A stretch of 39,373 nucleotides of DNA from an uncultured Acidimicrobiaceae bacterium (lineage in GTDB: Bacteria; Actinomycetota; Acidimicrobiia; Acidimicrobiales; SZUA-35). Shown one piece after another: positions 1 to 7,882 of this stretch. The stretch lies in the NCBI GenBank assembly GCA_964423455.1, contig CAYRFS010000002.1:1-39373 (forward strand). Direction: 5' to 3'. Both the position numbers and the translations under genes were made by a program. Each line of letters opens with the position of its first letter. The stretch's first letter is position 1. The notes below the pieces were generated by a model. The model searched no databases. It was not told where the DNA came from and saw only the letters and a program-made list of their open reading frames with translations.

Positions 1-528
1 CAGGCCGGTGTTGACATCATCGCCGGTGTGCACGAGGGCGCTCAGCTCCCGATCGGCCTGGCCCACCCCCACCTCGATGGTGGGGACCGTTCCCGGCGAG
101 CCGTCGGGGGCCAGGGGTACCACCACCCGGGCCACCTCGAGCCCGGCCACCTCGGCCACCAGCTGGCCGTGGTCGTCGATCGGCAGGGCCCCGGCCTCGG
201 TGATCAGGCCGGCCAGGGCCCAGTGGCTGGCCGGCAGGACGGGGGGCTCGGCCACCGGAACGGGCTGGGCCGGGGCGGCGGTGGCACCTTCGGTGGCCCA
301 CACCCCCACCGCCGGTCCGTTACCCTCCGGCGTGATCAACAGCGACGCCCGGCGGGCCAGGTCTCCTGCGACCGACGGCGGAGCGCCTGCGACCGACGGC
401 GGGGCGCCGGCCGCCGCAGCGAGTGGGCCGGCGGCCAGGATCTCCACCCGGCAGGCACCGTTCGACTGGGCCCAGTACAGGGCCCGGCCCACGGCCCGGG
501 GGTCGTCGTCGGCCAGATAGAAGGCCAC
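1..528 (-). CDS. Hypothetical protein, partial. The 3' end runs off the left edge and the 5' end is uncertain.
   Basis: The minus frame with codons ending at position 1 is open with GC3-rich codons and a protein-like composition (...DVAFYLADDDPRAVGRALYWAQSNGACRVEILAAGP...IEVGVGQADRELSALVHTGDDVNTGL). It is not in the ORF track because no stop lies inside the window. The GTG at 528 is the nearest in-frame canonical start below the rpmE stop, but the frame stays open up to 650. The protein is not PrfA, which usually follows rpmE in actinobacteria. Confidence 0.35.
   Translation of the reverse strand, partial: MAFYLADDDPRAVGRALYWAQSNGACRVEILAAGPLAAAAGAPPSVAGAPPSVAGDLARRASLLITPEGNGPAVGVWATEGATAAPAQPVPVAEPPVLPASHWALAGLITEAGALPIDDHGQLVAEVAGLEVARVVVPLAPDGSPGTVPTIEVGVGQADRELSALVHTGDDVNTGL
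366..407. repeat. Two tandem copies of a 21-bp unit (one mismatch) inside the partial CDS
   Basis: ctgcgaccgacggcggagcgc (366-386) is followed directly by ctgcgaccgacggcggggcgc (387-407). On the minus-strand frame this encodes AGAPPSV twice. Confidence 0.8.
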
Positions 529-649
529 ATCGCCAGCGAGGCCGGCCCCGACTGCGGGGTCGACCTCGGTGAGCTGCGCTCCAGCGGCGGCCCGGGCCAG
601 AGCCCTGAGCCTCGCCTCCGCCAGCGCCGGGTTTACGGCCAGGATGCGC

Positions 650-904
650 TTACCGGTTGCGGCGGGCGCCGTAGCGGCGCTCGAAGCGCTCCACCCGGCC
701 GGCGGTGTCGACGATGCGCATCTGGCCGGTGAAGAACGGGTGGCTGGCGGCCGAGATCTCGACCTTGGCCAGGGGATAGGTGTTGCCGTCTTCCCACTCG
801 ATCGTCTCGTTGGTCCTGACCGTGGACTTGGTCAGGAACGAGAAGTTGGCGGCGGCGTCGACGAACACGACCGGCCGGTAGTCGGGGTGGATATCGGTCT
901 TCAT
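650..904 (-). CDS. rpmE: 50S ribosomal protein L31, cysteine-free (type B-like) form
   Basis: 84 aa. Begins [14 protein letters not shown] and contains [25 protein letters not shown], the L31 signature. There are no Cys residues, so no CxxC zinc ribbon. It lies immediately downstream of rho, as in actinobacterial synteny. Confidence 0.9.
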   Translation of the reverse strand: MKTDIHPDYRPVVFVDAAANFSFLTKSTVRTNETIEWEDGNTYPLAKVEISAASHPFFTGQMRIVDTAGRVERFERRYGARRNR

Positions 905-932
905 ACCAGCTCCAGTGTGCCGGAACAGCCGC

Positions 933-2951
933 CTAAAGCGACGGGCCCTTGGCGATTTCGTTCAGGAAGTCGGCGTTGGTGCGGAACGACTTCAGGCGGT
1001 CGATGAGCATCTCCACGGCCGGGCCGAAGCTGCCGTCGTCGGCCTTCATGCCCGACAGGACCCGCCGCAGCTTCCACGCCACGAGCTGCTCCTGGCGGTC
1101 GAACAGCAGCTCCTCGTGCCGGGTGGACGAGGCGTCGATGTCTATCGCCGGGTACAGGCGCTTGTCGGCCAGGCGCCGGTCGAGACGGATCTCGCAGTTC
1201 CCGGTGCCCTTGAACTCCTCGAAGATCACCTCGTCCATGCGGGAGCCCGTCTCCACCAGGGCGGTGGCCAAGATGGTGAGCGAACCGCCCTCCTCCAGGT
1301 TGCGGGCGGCGCCGAAGAAGCGCTTCGGGGGGTACAGGGCGCCGGCGTCGACCCCGCCCGACATCGACCGCCCGGTGGGGGGCACGGTCAGGTTGTAGGC
1401 CCGGGCCAGCCGGGTGATCCCGTCGACGATCAGCACCACGTCCTCGCCCGCCTCGACCAGCCGCTTGGCCCGCTCGATGGTGAGCTCGGCCACCGCACAG
1501 TGCTCCTCCGGCGGCCGGTCGAACGTGGAGGCCACCACGTCACCCCGGACGAGATGGCGGCTCATGTCGGTGACCTCCTCGGGCCGCTCGTCGAGCAGCA
1601 GCACGATCAGGCGCACGTCGGGGTTGTTGGTCTCGATGGCCCGGGCGATGTCCTTGATGACCGAGGTCTTGCCCGCCTTGGGGGGCGACACGATCAGGGC
1701 TCGCTGGCCCTTGCCGATGGGGGCCACCAGATCGATGATCCGGGTGCTCATGTTGAGCGGCTCCTCCCGCATCTCCAGGCGGAGGCGCTGGTCGGGGAAG
1801 AGGGGTGTCAGGTCGTCGAAGCGGACCCGGTGACGGCCCTCCTCGGCCGGGAGGTCGTTGACCGTCAGGATCTCGTGGAACCCCGGATTCTTCTCGTTGC
1901 GGTTGGCCGGGCGGGACAGGCCGGTGAGCACGTCGCCCTTGCGCAGGCCGAACTGGCGGACCTGTTTGACCGACACGTAGACGTCGTCCTTGGACGGCAG
2001 GCAGCCGTCGACCCGGAGGAAGCCGTAACCCTCGTCCCGCAGGTCGAGCACGCCGGCCACCGGGATCGGCTCGGCCGAGATCGGCTCGAACGCCACCTCG
2101 TCGCGCTCCCGGCCCCGGCCCCGGCCCCGGCGCCGGCTGCGGCGGTTGCTGGCATCGATGTCGTCGCCCAGCTCCCCCTCGCCGCCTGGGCCCTGGCGGC
2201 TGGCGCCGGCGGGGCCGTCCAGCATCAGCTCCCAGTCGGCCGGCGGCTCGGCGTCGGCGCCGACCTGGTGGTCGCCGCCGCCGTGACGGCCCTCGCGCCG
2301 CTCGTTGCGGTCGTTGCGGTCATTGCGGCGCTCGTTCCGCCCTTCGGCCCGGTTGGCCTGGCGGTCGCCCCGGGACGGGGGGCCGCTCTGCTCCCGGCCG
2401 GCGCCCTGCTCCCGGCTGACGCCCTGGTCCCGGCCGGCGCCCTGCTCCCGGCTGAGGCCCTGCTCCCGGCCGCCGTGGCGGGCCGGCACACGCTCGGCCC
2501 GGGGCGCCGGGCGATCGTCGTGATCGTCGTCGGCACCGCCCTGGTCCCCGTCGTCGGGGGCGGCGTCGATCACGACCGGCTCCCGATGGCCGTTGCTCTC
2601 GGCGGCGTCGGCCCCTTCGTCGGGAGACTCGCCGTCGGCGGCGGAGGCGCCGTCGGCGGCGGCGAGGGCCAACTGGTCGCTGCCCTCGGCCACGGCCGTG
2701 GCCTCGGCCTTGCCATCGGGCCCGGCGTCGCCGTCGGCCCCGGCGGACCCGGCGGCATCGCTCGTGGCCTCGCCGTCGTCGTCGTTGCCCATCAGGTTGG
2801 CGGCGCCCGACAGCTCCATGATCATGTCGATCAGGTCGGACTTGCGGGCCCGGGACGTGGAGGTTCCCCCCAGCGCCGAGATGATCGCCTGCAGCTCGCC
2901 CTTTTCCTTCTTCTCGAGTCCACTGCGCTCAACGATCAGTTGGTCGCTCAT
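933..2951 (-). CDS. rho: Transcription termination factor Rho with a long Arg/Gly/Asp/Glu-rich N-terminal insertion
   Basis: The C-terminal two thirds match Rho: a CSD-like region ([15 protein letters not shown]), Walker A (PPKAGKT) and [11 protein letters not shown]. The ATG at 2951 has GAGGAG 8 nt upstream; the ORF-track start at 2960 is a GTG three codons earlier. Confidence 0.95.
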   Translation of the reverse strand: MSDQLIVERSGLEKKEKGELQAIISALGGTSTSRARKSDLIDMIMELSGAANLMGNDDDGEATSDAAGSAGADGDAGPDGKAEATAVAEGSDQLALAAADGASAADGESPDEGADAAESNGHREPVVIDAAPDDGDQGGADDDHDDRPAPRAERVPARHGGREQGLSREQGAGRDQGVSREQGAGREQSGPPSRGDRQANRAEGRNERRNDRNDRNERREGRHGGGDHQVGADAEPPADWELMLDGPAGASRQGPGGEGELGDDIDASNRRSRRRGRGRGRERDEVAFEPISAEPIPVAGVLDLRDEGYGFLRVDGCLPSKDDVYVSVKQVRQFGLRKGDVLTGLSRPANRNEKNPGFHEILTVNDLPAEEGRHRVRFDDLTPLFPDQRLRLEMREEPLNMSTRIIDLVAPIGKGQRALIVSPPKAGKTSVIKDIARAIETNNPDVRLIVLLLDERPEEVTDMSRHLVRGDVVASTFDRPPEEHCAVAELTIERAKRLVEAGEDVVLIVDGITRLARAYNLTVPPTGRSMSGGVDAGALYPPKRFFGAARNLEEGGSLTILATALVETGSRMDEVIFEEFKGTGNCEIRLDRRLADKRLYPAIDIDASSTRHEELLFDRQEQLVAWKLRRVLSGMKADDGSFGPAVEMLIDRLKSFRTNADFLNEIAKGPSL

Positions 2952-3297
2952 GGGAAGCACTCCTCACGTATGCCAGCGGCCCGCGGCCGCCAACGGACTG
3001 GGGTAGGTAGGAACCCTTCGACATCCACACCTTGATCAAACCCGGACGCCCAGACAGGGCCGGCCGAGGCTGGTCGACAGAACTATCCGCGGACCCGGGG
3101 CGGCTTTCGCCGGTGCACAAGAAGGCACCAGGAGAGATCGGCCGTCACCCGGCCAAACGGAACCACCCCGACCCGCTCTGCTCAGACTACCAACCCGCCC
3201 CGGAAAACGCCGCTTTCGTCCCGCGGCCGCCCGGTTGCCCGCCACGCCGGGTTGGACCGAGCCGGATCGAGCCGGCGGCGCCGCCCGGGAGCCGCCG

Positions 3298-4680
3298 TCA
3301 GGCCGGGAGACCCTCGATCACCTCCACCAGGGCGGCCAGGCTGTTGGCCATGGGCCGGAGGTGCTCGGGCCGGCTGAGCAGCTCGGCCAGGAACGGGGGC
3401 AGGGGCGGGCGGGTGCCCACTGCCTTCTCCACCGCGTCGGGGAACTTGGCCGGGTCGGCGGTGGCCAGCGTGATCATCGGCACTGCGGGGTCTCGCCGGC
3501 AGGCCCGGGCGGCGGCCAGGCCCACCGCAGTGTGGGGGTCGATCACCCGGCCCAGCTCGGCGTGGACCCGGGCCATCTCGGAGAGGGTGCCCTCGTCGTC
3601 GAGGCGGAAGCCCGTCATCTCGGCCCGGATGGCGGTGACCCAGGGCTCGGGCACCTCGACCCGGCCTTCGGCCCGGAACCGGGCGAGGAGGTCGGTGACG
3701 GCGTCGCCGTCGCGGCCCGACGCCTCCCACAGGAGGCGCTCGAAGTTCGACGAGACCTGGATGTCCATGCTCGGGCTGAGCGACGGCTCCACCGTGCGGG
3801 CCTCCAGGGCGCCGGTGGCGAAGAAGCGGGCCAGCACGTCGTTGCGGTTCGACGCCACCACCAACTGGTCCACCGCCAACCCCATCCGCTTGGCGTACCA
3901 CCCGGCCAACACGTTGCCGAAGTTGCCGGTGGGGACGGCGAAGCTGACCGGGCCCCCGCCGGGCGACACGGTGCGGGCCGCGGTGACGTAGTAGACGATC
4001 TGGGCCATGATCCGGGCCCAGTTGATCGAGTTGACGGCCGACAGGTGGCGCCCGGCCAGCTCGGGGGCGGCGAAGGCGGCCTTGACCAGGTCCTGGCAGT
4101 CGTCGAAGGTGCCGTCGACGGCCAGGTTGTGGACGTTGGGGGCGTCGACCGTGGTCATCTGGCGGCGCTGCACCTCCGACACCCGGCCCGCCGGGTGGAG
4201 CACCACGGCGTCCACGGCGGGCCGGCCGGCTAGGGCCTCGATGGCGGCCGAGCCGGTGTCGCCCGAGGTGGCCCCGATCACCACCACCCGCTGGTGGCGG
4301 CGGGCCAGCTCCCGGTCGAGCAGGCGGCCCACCAGCTGGAGGGCCACGTCCTTGAAGGCCAGGGTGGGGCCCTGGGTGAGGTCGAGCAGGTGGTGGTTGT
4401 CGCCCAGGCTGATCACGGGGCAGACGTCCCGGTGGCGGAAGGGCCGGTAGGCGTCGGCCACCAGGGCGGCCCACTCGCCGGCCTCGACGGCGCCCTCGAC
4501 GTAGGGCCACATCACCCGGCGGGCCACCTCGGCGTAGGGCAGGCCGGGCTCCAGCTCGGGCAGGGCAGGCACGGTGGCCGGGCAGTACAGGCCCCCGTCG
4601 GCGGCCAGGCCGGTGAGCAGCACGTCGGCGAAACCCAGCTCGGGAGCGCGGCCCCGGGTGGAGACGTAGGCGATGACCAT
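3298..4680 (-). CDS. thrC: Threonine synthase
   Basis: 460 aa. N-terminus YVSTRGRAPELGFADVLLTGLAADGGLYCP, then a PLP-lysine region (TLAFKDVALQ) and GATSGDTGSAA. A GGAGGAG RBS lies upstream of the ATG at 4680. Confidence 0.95.
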   Translation of the reverse strand: MVIAYVSTRGRAPELGFADVLLTGLAADGGLYCPATVPALPELEPGLPYAEVARRVMWPYVEGAVEAGEWAALVADAYRPFRHRDVCPVISLGDNHHLLDLTQGPTLAFKDVALQLVGRLLDRELARRHQRVVVIGATSGDTGSAAIEALAGRPAVDAVVLHPAGRVSEVQRRQMTTVDAPNVHNLAVDGTFDDCQDLVKAAFAAPELAGRHLSAVNSINWARIMAQIVYYVTAARTVSPGGGPVSFAVPTGNFGNVLAGWYAKRMGLAVDQLVVASNRNDVLARFFATGALEARTVEPSLSPSMDIQVSSNFERLLWEASGRDGDAVTDLLARFRAEGRVEVPEPWVTAIRAEMTGFRLDDEGTLSEMARVHAELGRVIDPHTAVGLAAARACRRDPAVPMITLATADPAKFPDAVEKAVGTRPPLPPFLAELLSRPEHLRPMANSLAALVEVIEGLPA

Positions 4681-4701
4681 CGGCGGCTCCTCCCCCCCGC
4701 C

Positions 4702-5988
4702 CTAGTCCCCGACCACGCGCAGCACGCTGCCGATGCCGGACACGACGTCGAGGCGCCGCAGGTCGGCCAGGGTGGCCCGCAGGTTGCGTTCGATGGCCCG
4801 GTGGGTGATGAAGGCGATGCGGGCCCCACTACCCAATCCCTGCTGCTCCATCGACCGAATCGACACCCCGTGGGCGCCGAAGGCGCCGGCCACGGCGGCC
4901 AGCACGCCGGGGGCGTCGCTGACCTCCAGGTTCACGTAGTAGGCGCTGGCCAGGTCGTCGATGGAGCGGATCTTGGCCCGGGCCCCGGTGGGAACCGGGC
5001 GGTGGTGGCCCCGGAGGCGGTTGGCGGCGGCGTCGATCACGTCGCCCAGCACGGCCGAGGCGGTGGGGCGGCCGCCGGCCCCCCGGCCGTAGAACATGAG
5101 CTCGCCGGCCGCGGTGCCCTCCACGAATACGGCGTTGAAGCTGTCCCGCACCGAGGCCAGGGGGTGGTCGACGGGGACCATGGCGGGGTGGACCCGCACC
5201 CCGATCTCCCGCCGGGCGCTCTCCGTGCCGGCGAACGCCTCGGCCACTGCCAGCAGCTTGATCTCGTAACCCAGGCGGTGGGCGTAGTCGATGTCGGCGT
5301 CCGTGAGGCCGGCGATGCCCTCATGGAACACGTCGCCCGCCACCACCTGCTCGCCGAAGGCGATCGAGGCCAGGATGGCGGCCTTCGCCCCGGCGTCGTA
5401 ACCCTCCACGTCGGCCGTGGGATCGCGCTCGGCGTAGCCCAGGTGCTGGGCCTCGGCCAAGGCCTCGGCGTAGCTCACGCCGTCGGTGCTCATCCGGGTG
5501 AGGATGTAGTTCGTGGTGCCGTTGACGATGCCGAGCAGGCGGGTCACGTCCTCGCCCAGCAGCGATTCCCGCAGGGGGCGCACGATCGGGATGGCCCCGG
5601 CCACGGCCGCCTCGAACAACAGGTCCACTCCGGCGGCGTCGGCGGCGGCGTAGAGGTCGGCTCCCACGTTGGCCAGCAGCTCCTTGTTGCCCGTGACCAC
5701 CGACTTGCCGGAGCGCAGGGCGCTCTGGATGAGGCTGCGGGCCGGCTCGATGCCGCCGATGACCTCCACCACCAGGTCGATCGTGGGGTCGTCGACCACC
5801 GACTGGGCGTCGGTGGTGAGCAGGGCGGGGTCGAGCTCGCCGGCCCGTTCCTTGGTGATGGAGCGGACGGCCACCCGGGCCAGCTCCAGCTCCACCCCGC
5901 TGGTGGCGGCGATGGCAGCCCGGCGTTCGTTCAGCAGCTCGACGAAGGCACCACCGACGATGCCGCAACCCAGGAGTCCGATTCTCAC
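4702..5988 (-). CDS. hom: Homoserine dehydrogenase
   Basis: The GTG at 5988 gives VRIGLLGCGIVGGAFVELL (NAD-binding GxGxxG). A catalytic domain and a C-terminal ACT-like region follow. The longer 482-aa ORF-track version adds an implausible N-terminal extension. Confidence 0.92.
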   Translation of the reverse strand: MRIGLLGCGIVGGAFVELLNERRAAIAATSGVELELARVAVRSITKERAGELDPALLTTDAQSVVDDPTIDLVVEVIGGIEPARSLIQSALRSGKSVVTGNKELLANVGADLYAAADAAGVDLLFEAAVAGAIPIVRPLRESLLGEDVTRLLGIVNGTTNYILTRMSTDGVSYAEALAEAQHLGYAERDPTADVEGYDAGAKAAILASIAFGEQVVAGDVFHEGIAGLTDADIDYAHRLGYEIKLLAVAEAFAGTESARREIGVRVHPAMVPVDHPLASVRDSFNAVFVEGTAAGELMFYGRGAGGRPTASAVLGDVIDAAANRLRGHHRPVPTGARAKIRSIDDLASAYYVNLEVSDAPGVLAAVAGAFGAHGVSIRSMEQQGLGSGARIAFITHRAIERNLRATLADLRRLDVVSGIGSVLRVVGD

Positions 5989-6058
5989 GTGGAACGAGAG
6001 TAGTGGGCGCTGCCCCCCACCCCTCGGCCGCCTTCCGTCACACGGGGTAGGGTGGACC

Positions 6059-7789
6059 ATGGCTGAGTACTCCGTGGTGTGGCCCCGTGGGCCCAAGACG
6101 GCCAAGCTCGTGGAGCTGGCCCCCCGACTCGATTCGTTGGAAGGCCGCAAGGTCGCCTTCCTGTGGGACTACCTGTTCCGGGGCGACGAGATCTTCCCCA
6201 TCCTGGAGCGGGAGCTGGCCGCCCGCTATCCGGGCATCACGTTCGTGCCCTGGAGCGAGTTCGGCACCACCCACGGCGAGGGCGAGCACGAGGTGCTGGC
6301 CAACCTGGCCCACCGCTTCACCGAGCTGGGGGTCGATGCCGTCGTAAGCGGCATGGGTTGTTGAGGCAGCTGCACGCCCGCCGTGTTGCGGGCATCCGCT
6401 GCCGCTGAGCTGGCCGGGGTCCCCACCGCCTCGCTGGTGTGCGAGGGGTTCCTGGGCCAGGCCGCCACCACCGCCGTGGGCCTGGGCATGCCCAACCTGG
6501 CCGTGGCCCCGGTGCCGGGCCACGTCGACACCCAGGCCTACGAGGTGCTGGAGCGCAACGTGGTGGAGGTGACGCTGCCGGCCGTGATCGACAACCTGGT
6601 GTCGCCCCGCCCCGAGGCGGTGGAGGTGGCCGACCCCGAGCGCACCGAGGTCGTGTTCACCGGCTCGGTCGAGGAGGTCAACCGGCTGTTCTACGAGAAC
6701 GGTTGGTCCGACGGGCTGCCGATCGTGGCCCCCACGATCGCGGCGGTGGAGGAGTTCCTGGCCTTCACCGATCTCGACGCCGAGCACAGCTTCGGCCCCC
6801 TCCTGCCCGACAACCGGGCCGCCACCGTGTGGTCGGTGGCCGTAAACGGGGTGATGGCGGGGTGCCGGCCCGAGTACCTGCCGGTGCTGCTGGCCATCGC
6901 CGAGGCGCTGGCCGACCCCGCCTACGGGGTTGAGCACTCGGGCAACACCCCAGGGGCCGACACCCTGATCACGGTCAACGGGCCGATCGCGGCCCAGCTC
7001 GGGTTCAACTGCGAGCAGGGCGTGCTGCGCGACGGGTTCCAGGCCAACACCTCGGTGGGCCGCTTCCTGCGGTTGTATCTGCGCAACGTGGCCGGGTTCC
7101 TGCCGTGGCAGACCGACAAGGCCACCTACGGCAACACCTGGCGGGTGGCCATGGCCGAGAACGAGGCGGCGCTGGCCAAGATGGGCTGGGAGCCGCAGTC
7201 GGTCGACTTCGGCTTCGCCCCGGGCGACAACGCCGTCACCATCTCCCGCTACACCGGCGGCGGGGTGGTCACCTCGGTGTTCGGGTCGACCCCGGAGGAG
7301 ATGGTCGACTACCTGGCCGACGGCCTGGCCAAGATCGGGGGCTGGGAGTACGTGTTCACCATCGGGGTGGCGGGCGGGAGCTACCGCCCGCTGCTGCTGC
7401 TGTCGCCGGTGCTGGCCGAGACGATCGCCAAGGCCGGCTGGAGCCGGGCCGACCTCAAGCGGGCGCTGTGGGAGAAGGCCCGGATCCCGGCCTGGCGCTT
7501 CGAGCACTACCTCGGCCACTGGACGAACCTGGTTCCGGGGCGGCGCTCGCTGGAGGACTTCGTGAACATGCGGCGGGCGCCCAAGGTGTACGCCGAGTCG
7601 GCCGACCCCGAGCGGATGGTGCCGGTGTGCACCGAGCCGGACCACATCTCGATCGCGGTGACCGGCGACCCGCTGCGGACCAACGCCTACGTGTTCGCCC
7701 ACAACGGCATGCTCGGGTTCCCGGTGGCCAAGAAGGTCCGCCTGCCCGACGGTTGGGAGGCCAAGCTTTCCGCCGCCCGGGCCCGGTGA
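6059..7789 (+). CDS. Predicted selenoprotein: an N-terminal UGSC-type redox domain (Sec at TGA 6362-6364) fused to an uncharacterised GW(S/T)DGLP domain
   Basis: ORF 5669..6364 (real start ATG 6059, MAEYSVVWPRG) and ORF 6383..7789 share one frame and are separated only by TGA 6362-6364. Read-through gives ...VVSGMGC-U-GSCTPAVLRASAAAELAGVP.... A stable hairpin starts right after the TGA. The C-terminal roughly 390 aa is paralogous to the next gene. Confidence 0.7.
6365..6403 (+). promoter_or_regulatory. SECIS-like stem-loop immediately 3' of the in-frame UGA
   Basis: Lower stem: GGCAGC (6365-6370) pairs with GCUGCC (6398-6403). Upper stem: GCCCGC (6376-6381) pairs with GCGGGC (6388-6393). The apical loop CGUGUU (6382-6387) contains GU and begins 17 nt after the UGA. 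Confidence 0.55.
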
Positions 7790-7816
7790 ACCGCTCGAAC
7801 CACCTCGAACCTTGTA

Positions 7817-7845
7817 GAGAAATACGGCGCTACGCCGCCTTTCTC
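7817..7845 (+). promoter_or_regulatory. Intergenic stem-loop between the two paralogous genes
   Basis: GAGAAA-UA-CGGCG-CUA-CGCCG-CC-UUUCUC. The outer arms (GAGAAA/UUUCUC) and inner arms (CGGCG/CGCCG) are both complementary. It sits in a locally AT-richer 93-nt spacer. Confidence 0.4.
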
Positions 7846-7882
7846 GACGAAGTTCGGCGGCGGGGCGCGATTTGAGCGCCAG

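Noticed and set aside
2100-2130. A CCCCGG-type microsatellite and other short GC-rich tandem runs (also the 12-nt ggcagtgg(t/c)gac x2 at 8955-8978)
   Set aside because: These lie within coding regions and simply encode RGRGRG or GSGDGSGD low-complexity peptide. There are no spacers and no CRISPR-like architecture.
915-3035. A 706-aa plus-strand ORF opposite rho, and similar long ORFs at 10212..12650 (+), 3182..4510 (-), 4294..6003 (+), 14929..16623 (+) and 36628..37863 (-)
   Set aside because: Each lies opposite, or out of frame with, a gene that carries clear family signatures (rho, ADH/anti-sigma, thrC, hom, argS, ACAD). Their compositions are low-complexity G/R/P/A. They are shadow ORFs.
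5669-6058. An N-terminal extension of the selenoprotein frame back to 5669
   Set aside because: That part of the frame is antisense to the hom coding region and has a biased S/T/R-rich composition. The ATG at 6059 begins the conserved sequence just past the hom start.
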